DNA of 64,000 bases, taken from Entomortierella parvispora E1425. Its lineage: Eukaryota > Fungi > Mortierellomycota. The notes beneath the pieces were generated by a model, which was not told the origin of the DNA, searched no databases, and saw only the letters and a list, made by a program, of their open reading frames with translations. A program made the translations under genes and the position numbers. Positions 48,491 through 61,451 of the stretch are shown here, in pieces (the stretch's first letter is position 1; each line of letters starts with the position of its first letter). The stretch covers positions 558,001-622,000 of the forward strand of contig BQFW01000014.1 in the NCBI GenBank assembly GCA_020891255.1. Direction: 5' to 3'.

Positions 48491-49059
48491 GCCGCTGAAG
48501 GAGCAGGAAGGGCGAGTGGAGTGCTGTGGGTTGGGATCTGGAAGGAAGAAAAGCGTGTGGGGCACAAACGCAAATTGAGCAAGTGTTGTCCGAAAAGCGG
48601 GGAGTTCAGGAAGAGGGGAAGGAAGAGGGGCGAGGTCTTCAGGGCAAGGCAAGACAACGACCGTCTGTTCCCTTCAATAGGGTTCCTCCGAGATGACACA
48701 GGCTGGCGGGGCTGGCAAGCATGCAAGCACAGACAAGCAGGCAGGCCCAACAGGTAGACCTGCTTGAAGAGCAGAGAGAGAGAGAGCACGATCGATCCCT
48801 TGGTCTTCCGAGCAGCAAAGAGCAGACAGGAGCACAAAAGGAATGGGCGCGCTTGCGGCCGTGCGACTTTTTTTTTTCATACGATGTTTATTGTATTGAA
48901 TTTTTTTATCGGTGTTGACTCGGTGGAATCGACTCTTCTTTTACGCATCCTCCGGACTTTTTTCTCATTCTCTGCATCCCACTCTTCTCCTTTGCTCTCC
49001 TTCCTCATCCTCATCCCCTTCCTCCCACAAACACTCATACACCCATACATACTCACGCA

Positions 49060-51099
49060 ATGTCTGGTCTGAAGCAGGTCTCCCGGGTGCTCTTGACCCA
49101 GTCTCTCTCTCAGAATGTCACCTCCATGGCTGCCCGTCCCTTGGTCGGAAGCAGTGCTGTCATGGTAAGCCCAGCACTTTTGACTGCAGGAACTTGACCA
49201 ACACGCTACGGACAACACGTTGTGGACAACACCCCCCGTGCAGCGCGGTCACCTTGTTGCTGTTGATTCCCAGGCACTCATTTTCTTTTCTCTCTTTTTT
49301 TTTCTCTGGCTGATTTCAATCTAGGCTCGCAGACATTACAATGCCACAGTCGTCAAGGACACAACAACAACACCCTCAGGGAAGAAGTCAAAGTTTGCAG
49401 ACAAATTCGCCGCCGGACCCAGCTTTGACGACTTTGTGGGCGGCAACGACAAGCTTTCTGTCGAGGAAGCCCTGGAACTGAAGGAGACTGTTGTCGATCA
49501 AGAGGCGGCTGCTGCCGATGCTGCCTCGACTGGAAAGCCCAAGCGCAAGCCGTAATGAACCCTTTGTTTGCTGTGTTGTGTTCAAAATGATCCATGGTTC
49601 CGATCTGCTCCCTGCTTCCCTTGGTGGCGGTGAAGCAGATCGGAAGGGGACGTGAGCTTGTAAATGCGATCAAGAGGGGAAAACTGACACGCTCTCTCAC
49701 TCCGTAATCCCCCCAAAAAAAACCACCCCACCCTACAGAAAGCAGCGTTTGCCTGAGTGGCTCAAGACCTCCATCCCAGTCGGAAAGAACTACACAAAGA
49801 TCAAGAACAACTTGAGAGAGCTGGGCTTGCATACCGTCTGCGAGGAGGCAAAGTGCCCCAACATCTCGGACTGCTGGGGAGGTGGAGAGCACCAGACCGC
49901 CACCGCCACCATTATGGTTCGTTTTCTTGCATTCCGTTGTGTCGTGATTCGCAGAGGGGAAAGCAAAAGGACGACAGATCATTGGAACTGACATTCTTGT
50001 TCTACTGAACTAATAGTTGATGGGAGATGAGTGCACCCGTGGATGCCGTTTCTGCTCTGTCAAGACTAGCAAGGCTCCCAAGCCCTTGGATATCCATGAG
50101 CCTGAAAACACTGCTGAGGCCATTTCAAGATGGGGCTTGGATTACGTCGTTTTGACCTCGGTGGATCGTGATGGTAAGCGGCTCTTTCCTGAAATATCCG
50201 GTCGGGGGACAATCTCAAGATCTGAATTTCTGATATGGAACTGACTTGGTTTTCTCGCACGATTGTCTTTCTGTCCAATAGATCTCGCCGATGGTGGATC
50301 AGCTCATTTCGCAGAGACCATCATTAAGTTGAAGCAGAAGTATGGATCAGCTATAATAACCTGTTGACGTGAAAGAACTAGTCCCGACGAATCGAAGGCT
50401 GACATCTTTTCCTTGCTCATTTTTTTCTTACCAACAGGGCACCCAAGATCTTGGTCGAGTGCTTGACTGGAGACTTCCAAGGAGATTTGTCTTGCGTGGA
50501 GCGTGTGGCTACTTCGGGATTGGACGTGTATGCCCACAACATTGAGACTGTGGAGGCTCTCTCGGCCTATGTTCGTGATCCTCGTGCCAAGTTCAGACAG
50601 TCGATCGCTGTTTTGGCCCATGCCAAGAAGTCCAAGCCTGGCTTGTTGACCAAGACCAGTATGATGTTGGGATGCGGTGAGACCGAGGCGGAGGTTATCC
50701 ATGCCATGGATGGTAAGCAGTCTTGAATTGCGGTCTTTACATCCCGTGTGTACGTTTTGAAGGTCTTTTTCTAACAGACATGAATCGTTTCTCCCTCTTA
50801 CTTTCTTAGAATTGCGCAAGGCTGATGTGGATGTGTTGACTTTGGGCCAGTACATGCGCCCTACCAAGAAGCACATGCGTGTGCACGAATATGTCAAGCC
50901 TGAGGTCTTTGAGCGGTACCAGGTGTTGGCAGAGGAGCGCGGATTCAAGTATGTGGCTTCAGGACCCTTGGTTCGCTCCTCGTACAAGGCCGGCGAGTTT
51001 TATATCAGCAACATGTTGAAGAAGGAGAGAGAGCAGAGCACGCCAGTGATCGGCAACGAGGCTGTTGTCAAGCTGTCTGACGCCGGCGTTCGTGTGTAA
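49060..51099 (+). CDS. LIP5: Lipoyl synthase (radical SAM)
   Basis: Exons 49060-49164, 49325-49551, 49739-49916, 50017-50173, 50282-50339, 50438-50712, 50810-51099. Motifs [69 protein letters not shown]. Confidence 0.97.
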
Positions 51100-51438
51100 A
51101 TTAGAACAACCAAAGGTTGTTCCTTGTTGTTTTTTCTCCTTTCTTTTTTTTTGCATCTGTTTAGAGACACTCCCTTCATCCCCTTTGTACTTCATACCAA
51201 TAAACCCCTCATTATGATAATGTTTTTTTTTCTACGAACACGCGCTCTGTAGTTTTCTACTGTAATGTTTGATTGAAGCCAGATTTTACTGAAGGTCTTC
51301 GGGTATCTTTGTTTGACTAGCCTATTATCGCAACCTCTACACGCTTTTTTCTCTTGCCACTCACCCTCCAAAAAACCACCCCCTCGGCTCCCTTTCTGTT
51401 TTTTTTTCCTTTTGCAGGTCAGGCTTCTTTTTTTGTTC

Positions 51439-53051
51439 TTACAACAAGTAGGCGAGAACCATTGCTGGGATGAGGGTCGAGGCCAAAGTGGCGAGGGTTC
51501 TAGAGGCAGAGGACTTCTTCATTGTACCGCCGTTGGCATCCTTGGCGGCACTACCCCCTTGTGTGAGGGATGGGTTCTGACCAAGTTGAGGCGTCACATT
51601 CTTGACAGCGTTCTGACCATGCTTGTACTCGGCCGCGCCAAAGGACTTCTTATCACCGACGAAACCATTGTTCTGGATAGGGTCCTTCTTGTAAGGGGTC
51701 TTGTCGTTTGTGCAACCGTCCAAGCGGACCATATCATAACCATGTGCCTGGATCGTATTCACGACCTTGGGGAGACCGGCGGCGGCGCCTGTTGAGGGGA
51801 CGTCGTAACCAGCGACGACGTAGGAGGCCTTGCGACCATAGGCGTCCATCTGTTTGGAGAACATGGCGTTATAGACCTCTGCGATCTGACCCGAGGTCTG
51901 AGCCGTGTTGTACTTGTAATCGTATTCGTCCATGTTGAAGCCCACGAGGGTATAGCCCATCGACTTGACCAGGTTCAAGAGGCGAGGGTCCTTCAAGTTG
52001 GATTCATGGATCTTCATGTATTTAGGATAGACACCAATGAGATCCTGAATGGTCCGGGAAGCCCGGCCAATATCCTCCTTGATCTCTGCATCTGTACGAC
52101 CCGTGGAGGTATCAGAGGGAAGACGGTAGGTCATACCGATGAGATGGCCATCCAAGTAGGCGTGCCGGGTCACACCGGCGTATTGCATGTATTGCAACCA
52201 GGTTGCGTTCGCGAAGAACGTCACTGTCGCCTTGGCCTCCTTCAATGTCTCGAGCATCTCCATCGTTGCCTCTGAAGGACCTTCACTCTATTAGGGAGAG
52301 AAGGTGTGAGATGCGGGAAGGTTAGATCGTCCTTTCTTTTTTCTGTATGTTGAAGGCTCTTTCTGTCTCAAGGCTTTCGTGCGTCTTCCTTTTCCCTCGC
52401 TTTACTCTCAAGAAAAAAAAAATTGAAGCGATGCGGGAAAGTGTTCAAGGTCCTCCTTACATAAGTCAAAGCGATTTGTCCGGGTGTCTGGCACGAAGTC
52501 AAAAAGTCAGCCCAGGTGACGGGGCCAGTGTTGGTGGAAGGTCCAGAGGTGGCCACGGGTGCACCTGCTGCCGGTGCTGGTGCTGGGGCGTTGCCGGCTG
52601 CGGCGATCAAGGGCATGGCTAAAAATTAAAGACATGGAGACCAAAAAAATAAATAAATGAGAAAGGCATGTTGTGATCAGGTACAGATCAGAATAGCAAG
52701 AAATGTGGAACGCGATCTTTGATTTTTTTTTCTCTCCTGTCCTGTCCCTCTCTCTCCTGGTAGACGTTGTCGTTATTTTCTGCTGTCCAACTGCCACTTC
52801 GGCAGCATCTCAACTTGTGCTATCCAGTTTTGACTTTTTCTTGTATGGGTGGTCCTTTGTCTTTTTTGCTCTCATGTCCCCCCGACGCGTGTGGACAAGG
52901 TTGATTGTGTGTCGCCCACGCGCGTTCACATTTTGGGAAGGGGTCCAAGCGTCGTCTATTTGTTTGGTCACAGGAAACGGAGCCATGCGTGGGCGAGACT
53001 GTATGGGTCCTTACCAAAAGCCGAAAGAATGGCGGGGCGTGAAAAGCGCAT
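51439..53051 (-). CDS. GPI-anchored CE4 (NodB/chitin deacetylase-like) protein with degenerate catalytic motifs
   Basis: Exons 53051-53015 (MRFSRPAILSAF), 52618-52461, 52287-51439. Signal peptide, Pro/Ala stalk, LTSCQTPGQIALTYSEGP, ATVTFF, GHLIG, C-terminal hydrophobic GPI signal (SSASRTLATLASTLIPAMVLAYLL). Confidence 0.85.
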
Positions 53052-53995
53052 TGTTTGGTTATGTTACAGGCGTAGAAGAAAGTGTGTGCGATGTAGGGAG
53101 GGGAAGGAGTCTATACAAGTTTCGACTGAGCACTGGGGTATATTGTCGAAAAGGTACAGAACTTGTGGGGCGCTGAACCTTTCAAGGAAGAAGAGAGGGG
53201 TGCTGGTCCTGGAATCGAGTCTTTAAAGGGAAACGAGGGAAAGGTGCAAAATACGTGTGCCTTTTTTTCGTTGAAAGCTAAGGAAGCAAGGAAGAGAACA
53301 GAGTGGAGCGAGAGGAGGAGAGAGAGGGGGGAAAGAGAGAGCGAGAGAGAGAAAGAAAGAGAAAGAAAGGGAAAGACTGCACTCTTTACACCCCTTCTCC
53401 TCTCTCTTTCTTTTTCTTGTTTCGCGCGCGCTCAACACTCGTCAGGCCAGGGCCCAGCACGCTCCTCAGTCGTATTCGAGATTGAGAATTGGATCTGATT
53501 CCGCGCGCCAACTCGTCTCATTTGAAGAGTATGCTCTTGTGTTAAAAAGCCCAAGAAATGCTTCCTTCGCGTCTTCCATGTCCCGGGAGTATTGATTGTC
53601 CTTGTGTGTAGAATTTCGCCTAGATCGGAATATGGAATTCAAATCGAAAAAAGGGGACGAGGGTACTTTGTGGTTCGATTGATGGGTTTCCACGATCCAC
53701 CTCATAAAAATCGACCCTCAGCTCTCCAGTCCAGAACCCCACATGCCGGGAATGGGTGTACAAACAACTTTGGAGGTTAACATGGCAGTCTGTTGCAATC
53801 TGGGCCAAAGGGGGAGCAAAATGTCCATGTGCAAAGATCTGATAATGCTGCAGCGCAATTCCTCCCGTCATCCAGTGCACTGTCTTGGGGAAAAGACAGC
53901 ACTGGATCACATCCTTTTTTATATAGTAAAGATACAATCTATGATACATGATAAATAACTGACTTTCTTGTTTGTTGGAGGGAAAGTGGGGTAGG

Positions 53996-54748
53996 CTATA
54001 CGTGCTGTTGAAGATCATCCATCATGGTGTCCTCCTCACCAGCACTGTCTTCATCCTCCGAGTGCAGACTGCTGACCCGGATCATACTCTCGCCCTGGTA
54101 GATTAAAGCAATGTAACTGACAAAGGGCGTGATGATGCCTGTGGCGAATCCATAGATGCCCTTGAAGATTTGCGGAAACGGCCAGACATTGAAGTCACCT
54201 CCGAGCGGTCCATCATCCTTGCCGATTCCTTGACTTCTCATGACCATCAAGATCAAAATTGTGATGGGCCAAAAGACAATGAGCGTGGCCACAATGATGA
54301 CACCTATCCGCTGTCCATGAAACTTGAATCCTTTTATGAACTGTTCCTTGCGACTTTTGTTTTGACTCATACCCATGCCGCCGACAGTGTAATCGACTCG
54401 ACGACCTTGTTCCAGTCCCACAAACCATTCAATCCATGGATGGGCATCGCGAGGCATGCGCAGCGGCGTGACCAGTCCCTTCTTGAGATCTGCAGCAACC
54501 GCGAGTCGGTCCAAAAACCATGTCAAGGTTGTTTGAATAACAATGGTCATGAAGGCATCTCCTGCCAGGGTGTTGGGAAGGGACCAGAGCATGACGGGGC
54601 TCTTCGTTCCCTTGTACATGAGGGTGGTAAGTCCAAAGTTAATGACCCCGTCCAGGACCATAGCACCCAGCATATGCATCAGTCCAAGATAGGCGACATG
54701 TCTGGGCGTGAGGCTGTCTGACGCGGCTGTTCCTGCTCGACTGGCCAT
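53996..54748 (-). CDS. Conserved fungal multi-pass membrane protein, unknown function
   Basis: 250 aa single exon with about 4 TM segments; recalled fungal motif LDGVINFG...MY...LWSLPNTLAGDAFMTIVIQTTLTW. Confidence 0.85.
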   Translation of the reverse strand: MASRAGTAASDSLTPRHVAYLGLMHMLGAMVLDGVINFGLTTLMYKGTKSPVMLWSLPNTLAGDAFMTIVIQTTLTWFLDRLAVAADLKKGLVTPLRMPRDAHPWIEWFVGLEQGRRVDYTVGGMGMSQNKSRKEQFIKGFKFHGQRIGVIIVATLIVFWPITILILMVMRSQGIGKDDGPLGGDFNVWPFPQIFKGIYGFATGIITPFVSYIALIYQGESMIRVSSLHSEDEDSAGEEDTMMDDLQQHV

Positions 54749-55470
54749 GGCTCAGGCTACTTTAAGATGGTTAGGCGCTGTAAAAGACGGAGGGGTCCTA
54801 GTGCAGGGGCAGACTCGCAAGGCAGAATGACTCTGGTAAGGGGAGAAGAGGGAATGAGAAGGTTTGAAAGGAGGCAATGCGATTCAGAAATGCGATTCAG
54901 CGTGAGTGAGAGTGTGAGTGAATGAGAGAGTGAAGTGAAAAACAGGAAGAGAGAACGAGAGAAAAAGAAAGGAAAAAGAGGAAGGGATCCTCCCGGATCC
55001 CCATTCCTTTCGTTCCATTCCTGATTGGCTTGCCGGGATCACTTACATCCGGGCAGTCGTTCGCTTTGGGCGCCATTCCGGCAAGATTCTTTTCTTTTTT
55101 TTTTGTCCGTGCAGCCGACGCGCAGCGCTGTCTGAACCTTTCTTTCGTTCTTTCCGGTCTCAAGCCCCGCTCTTGATGACGACGATTGTTGTCTCCTTCC
55201 CAGATGACACGAGTGCGCAGGCAAGGCACAGACTTACCCACAGACACCCACAGATACCCACAGATACCCAGAGACCGTAGCAGACACCATGTCTCTGCTT
55301 GCTCTCCTGAGATGCTCGGGTCCCCGATTTTTTTGATATCGGAGTGGCATCTAAGGGGTGCAGGGTGCAACGAAAGCCGTCCGACAAAGACCTGTCGAAC
55401 CAAGTGATCGTGGCTCCAAGGACCTTTGTCTCTTCTGTTGCCATCAGCACGACAGCCTCCTTCCTCCAAA

Positions 55471-58400
55471 ATGACAAAAAAACGGTTTTGCACAATTGAC
55501 CTGGTCGTCAGAGATCTTTCGTGTTCAACTACTGCTCTACAGGGAGTGACGACCTCACCTCAAGATCAAAACCGTTACATCCTGCAAGGAGTGAACCTGC
55601 ATGTCCAGCCTGGTCAAGGTACTCATTATCAGCTCGCCTCATGTTCACACGTGCGCTCTGTGGTTGCTGATTCTTTCTTCATCTTGTCGCACGATCTAGT
55701 GTGCTTGGTCATGGGGGGTTCAGGTTCAGGCAAGACAACTCTTCTCAACGCAGTAGCAGGAAGATTGAGCTCAAGTACTGGTGAGATCCTGTTCAATGGA
55801 GAAAGTCCCGGGCAGTATCGAAAGCGCGGCCAAACAGGCTATCTCCAACAGGAGGACCACCTCTTGCCATTCATCACGTAGGATCGTCCAAGCTCATCCG
55901 AGAGGTGCCTGTCTACACATTCAAAGAGTTGAAGCTAACTCATACCCTTTCTTTTGGATAGTGTTAGAGAAACATTGAGCTTCATTGCAGATCTTCGACT
56001 CCCTTCGACCTTGTCGCGTCAGGGAAAAGATGAGCTGGTGCAATCTGTCATCGAAAAACTTGGGCTTGTGGGATGCGCAGAGACTCAAATCGGGAATCCT
56101 GGTGGCGGTGAAGCAGGACAGAGCGGGACACGGGGAATTAGTGGCGGTGAGCGGAGACGAGTATCGGCTGCCATCCAGCTCCTGACAAATCCTAGTCTCT
56201 TGCTCTGTGACGAAGTGACGTCCGGTATGTTTGGTCAATGGAACGGAAGTCATTTATTATCATATCAACTTTCTAGTTCTTGCTGACAAAGGTGGTTTAT
56301 CTATAGGACTAGATGCCTTCACGGCATTTGAGCTTGTCAAGACTCTTAGTTCTTACGCACAGTCAGCTCAAAAGACCGTGCTGCTTTCGATTCATCAGCC
56401 TCGATTTGAAATCTTCAACCTCCTTTCTGCAACCCAGGGACAACTGGTTCTTTTGTCACGCGGGCGTGTCGTGTACAACGGTCCCTTGGACAGAGTACTG
56501 GACTGGTTCGAATCTGCTGGAGCTGCGCCTTGTCCTATTCATATGAACCCCTTCGACTATATTCTTGACGCGTGTGAGAATTCAGTCCTCTGGCCGCAGC
56601 TCAATGAGGAGACATTAATCTGCATCGAAAGCTCTACTCATATCTCTTGTCCAGTGAGTCCAGCATCCTTGACTCGTGATGACCAGGAAGAATCAACTCC
56701 ACCGGGACTGCGCTCTCACGTTTTAACACTCTGTCGACGGTCTTGGCTTAACACGAGGCGCAATCCCAGCTATCTCTGGGGGTCCTTCTTGGTGACCTTT
56801 CTTTTATCCATCGCAGTTGGAATGGTGTTCTTACAGCTGGACGACACATTGATCGGGATTCGCGCCAGAGCGAGCGTTTGTTACCTTCTATGTGCCTTTC
56901 AACCATTTCTGGGAATGGTTTTGGCGATTTATAAGGGAGTGGAGGAGATCAAAGTGTTTGAACGCGAAAGAGGAGACAGACTGTACGGTCCACTGGCGCA
57001 TGTAATAAGTAGCGCGATCTGTCAGTTACCATGGACGATTCTCAGTCCTGCAGGTAAGCTTGATGTCTGGCTATTTTGTGAACCTGTGATGAACGAAAAT
57101 ATTGGAGCCATTACTCATACCATGCATGCTACTGCTTTTATTTTCATTTCTACCACCTATTTGGCCTTGGACACGCAGTCAATTCGTTGGTTATCCACTT
57201 TATGGTTGGCCTGCGAGCAGATGGAAGGGCTTACGTGGGCTGGTATGTTCTTGCCAACGTTCTCCTCCAGTGCACCATGTAAGCTCAGTTCTCTCGTTTT
57301 TGTTTCTAATATCCATGCTCTTCATATTCGCTATTTTAATTCGTATCTGACCGAGCTTTTTCATCCTCATATAGGATGTCCTTATCAATGTTTTGCTCGG
57401 CTGTAGAGCGTAACTTTGACCGGGCCAGTCTAATTGGAAGTGCTTTCTTTCTTCCCTTTGGTAACTTTTTTTTCTCTCTATGAATGACCTGTTATGTCGA
57501 CCAAAGTGAACGATGAATAACACAAGTCTCACATTCTTGGATAACTGTTGTAGCCATGTCAGCAGGGTTTATTGTTCCTTCGAGTGAACTACCTTATCTA
57601 CTGCGGTGGATCAAGTTCATTTCGGTCCATCGACTTGCGTATCAAGTTCTGATCAGCCTCGAGTTCACAGATCGGGAGTTTGCCTGCCCTTACGAAGGTC
57701 TATCCTCCTCAGCCCCGTTCATCTTAAGTCCAGCTTCTATCTGCGCCCCATACAGTGGAAATCGATTCCTGCAGGACCAGCTGGAAGGTCACATTGGATA
57801 TTTTCCAGTGCCCATAGCTTACTTCTGTCTCCATTTTTTTGCCTTCGTCTTTGCCACCTGGCTGGTTCTCGCTGTTCGCTCGCCTGGCTTAGTCTTTTTT
57901 TCTACTCAATCCCCCCTGGAGTACCTTCTGGGGTTGGTGTCAAGTTTAATTCGCGGCAACAGCACAGCTCTCAGAATGATAGCAGTGTCGATGAAATCGG
58001 CAGCCCATGACGAAGAAAAGAAGCAACGACAAACGACGGTTGATATTCTACGATTAGGGGCCGATGGAAATGAAACGTCAAGGCAACCAGTAGAGATTAG
58101 AATAGAGAACTTGTCCCTAGCATCGACAACCCAAACGTCCTGCAAGACCCGCCGCGGATTTTTCTCTGGCCAGGCTGATCAGGGCGAATTCTTGGCAAAG
58201 ACGTACTTGAAAAATCTTGACTTTGCAATTCCACCAGCACAGCTTACTGCGATCCTTGGCTCGAGCGGTTCTGGAAAAGTAAAGGATCGCCAATTTGACA
58301 AGCATGGACGGTGAACTTTATTTTTCCATACATTCCATGTCATGGCCATTCTCTAACTTGGTTTCTATTGTCACATAGACTAGTCTTTTGAACGTTTTGG

Positions 58401-60473
58401 TTGGAAGGACGCCGGCGAAACTCACAATCAGTGGAAACGTGTACTTCAATGGAGCAAGGAATCCACCTGTTCATAAAATCAACGCAATAAGCGGTTACGT
58501 TCGCCAGGAAGATGGTTCTCTTCTGTCCCATTTGACCGTGCGACAGACATTGCAATACGCGATCGAGTTATACACTAAGGAGACGCCATCGGCCTTGGAG
58601 CGAGATTCAAAGGCGGAAGAAATTATTGATCTGGTGGGTCTCCAGGATTGTGCCGACGTGCTGGTGGGAGATGACGAGACAACAGGATGCTCCGGGGGGC
58701 AAAAGCGGAGAGTATCCATTGGAATACAATTGGTCAATGATCCGACTTGCTTATTTCTGGACGAACCGACAACTGGTCTTGATGCTCGCACAGGTATTAT
58801 GTTGGCTGACTCGTATTCACAAATAGGGTCTAGTAATGTAGTGAAGCCCTTCTAACCCCCATCTATGTGTTTGTGTAGCTCTTTCAATCGTTCAGACGCT
58901 CAAGAAGCTTGCATCGCGTGGCCAAACTGTGGTTTGTTCTGTCCACCAACCACGCCAGGAAATTTGGGATACATTTGACAATGTCATGCTTCTAATGCCT
59001 GGAGGGCAGCTCGCCTATGCAGGCAAGACCAGTGATACCCTGGAGCATTTTGCGCGGGCTGGTTATGACTTGCCCAAGTCACCAATCCATCAGGTACGGG
59101 TGATCAAAAAGTGGAAAATCTGGGATCAAAGGTGCAAATGAAATTGACAGGGTATTTTTTTTTTTTTTTTTTTTCGTTGTTCTTCATCTAGATTTCGTTT
59201 TGGATACGATATCTATGAACTACAGGTCTATTGTCCCTAGGAATTCATCATCATTGTCCCCGTCCCCTAACATGTGGATATCTACACATCTTGAGTTGAA
59301 AATCCCTCAACAATCCAAGTTATCTCAAAGAGTAATCTCGAGATCGAGAGATATCCTTACTAATGAGGTTTCCAATAGCTCAAGAGGGCCGAAAAAACCA
59401 CCAGCAGTAATGGTACTCACGTATCGCTCTCTTAAGGATGGACTCTGTCAACGCGGACGTCTTTTGGCTCGCGTTTTTGTGCCAGTGGTGATCGTTTTAT
59501 TGGCAGCCATATTCTTTTGGCGCCTGGATCGATCTACCGCTGGGATGGCAAGCCGCCTAGGGCTCTTCCATCAGCTCATGGGTGCCACTCTCGCCGGCGT
59601 GATTGTCCATATTGCCCTGTTCCCTAGAGAGGTAAGGACGACTATTCAATCTGCGCCTATTCGATCTAAAACTCATCTGATGGATTTCCATTGCGACTGT
59701 GTTAAAAACAGAGGGACATTGCTTTTCGCGAGATATCGGATGGGGCCTATGGCGCGTCGTCGTTTCTGCTATCGTACATGGCAGTGGAGCTACCGTTGTC
59801 ATTCTTGAGTGCTCTGGCTTCGACAGGTGTGATTTTTGCAGTGACAGGACTTCAAGCGACTAGTAGCGATGGAGTCGATGCCACAAGGAACGTGCTGTCA
59901 ATGATATTGGTCTTATTTGCGTACATCACAACAGGAGAGAGCCTTGGGATTGCATACTCGGCCTGGTTAGGGGAGCATGGTGGGCTAGGCGTTGCCTTGA
60001 TGAACTCAACCGTAAGAAAGACCAGTGGACTCTTTTGAACATTCCAAAAAAAGAAAAGTGTAATCGTTTAACTCTTTTTTTTCAATGGTCCATTGGACCC
60101 TTTTGGACCCTTTTCTGCCTGACAGGTTTTGTGGCTATCCTTCATGGCAGGGTTCTTGGTTTCGACTCTACCTCCTGCGCTGAACTACCTGAACTATGGG
60201 TCCATCTTCAAATACTCGGCCGTTGTTTTGTCCCTGAACGAATTTGAGGCCCTCAAGCCTCTTGAGATCGCTTCCACGGACGGGGCAGCTGTAGAGGAAG
60301 TCGGAACCCCGTTCAGAGATGGGCAGACTGTGCTGCAATTTCTGAACTTTGCGGATCAAAAGATGGGATTGAATCTTGCCATGGTCATAGTGTTGATGGT
60401 TGCGTATCGATTGTTGGCGTGGCTGTGCCTTGAAGCGCGAGTGCGCACCATGTTCTCTCGCAAGAGTAGATAA
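55471..60473 (+). CDS. Full-size ABCG transporter (NBD-TMD)x2, yeast YOL075C-like, with one frameshift at ~59079
   Basis: Exons 55471-55618, 55700-55877, 55962-56224, 56307-57053, 57179-57278, 57375-57460, 57554-58278, 58379-58793, 58879-59093, 59191-59631, 59712-60011, 60126-60473. Walker A GGSGSGKT and GSSGSGKT, signatures ISGGERRR and CSGGQKRR, LCDEVTSGLD and LDEPTTGLD. The frame breaks just before TNPSD. Confidence 0.88.
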
Positions 60474-61451
60474 AAAAAGAAGCAATCGAATAAACGAACT
60501 GTTGTGTGTAAGTCAGTCAGTAAATTGATATCGCGTGCAAAAGAACAAGAGCGAAGGACAGGCCCGCCAGCCAACCAATCGAGCGAACCAGTTTGCCATC
60601 CGGGGCGATGCATGTGTCCAGGCGCCAATTCCAATTCCTTGGTTCCTTGGTCCTGTCAGCCAAAAATAACCTTTCGAACAAAAAAAAAAAAAAAAAAAAG
60701 CACAGCCCGCTTCCCCTTGGCTCACCCGGGAGGTGCCCGCGTGCCAGTCAACAGGTCAGTGGTTTTCTACATATTCTTTTTCTCTCTCTCTCTTCACATT
60801 CACTCGCATTCCCTCTTTCTTTCTTCATTCATCTTCCCCCTCCCCTCCTCTCTTCTGTCTACCGGTTCACTCTCCATTCAAGCCCAGCATCCCTTGATTC
60901 ATCTCCAGCACAAGGTTAGTTCCTGCCCAAGACAAGAAAAAAAAATTATGTGCGACAACCTCGTCCACTCTTGAGAGCACTCTGCTTCCCGCCTGTCCTG
61001 TCCTTCCTGCTGGCCACAGACCCCAAGCAAACAAAGCACAACAGCATACCGACGGACTCTCAACACAACAGGAAAAACAAAAACAGGAGCAAAAACAACA
61101 ACGGGACATTCATTCACCTTTGTTCCTTTCATTTCTCTTTCTTGGCCAATTCCCCCTTTTCTTCGGTCAAACTCTTTTTCCCGTCACTTCAGGTACACGA
61201 CCGCGCAATGCGATGCTATGTACAGGAATCCAGTTGCATCGTTCTTCGGACAGAACAGGACAGAAAGGACAGGACATGGGGCATGGACAACGGACAGGTC
61301 ATCAACGCCATGAACCGCGCAAGCCCTGGAATATAGCCCACTGACCATAAAACTGTCTGGTTTCTCGACCTGAAGAGAGCGCCGAGAGCTTGCATCTAAC
61401 CAGGGTATCATGTCTAACTCATGTAGAACCGCTTCACAAAGCACAGAATAT

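Noticed and set aside
4161-51099. Functional cluster of mitochondrial genes (kinase, NDH2, MTO1, LIP5)
   Set aside because: The genes are dispersed among unrelated ones, and mitochondrial proteins are common enough for chance co-occurrence.
56505-56514. tRNA T-loop-like GGTTCGAATC
   Set aside because: It lies inside an ABCG coding exon (DWFES) and has no cloverleaf arms.
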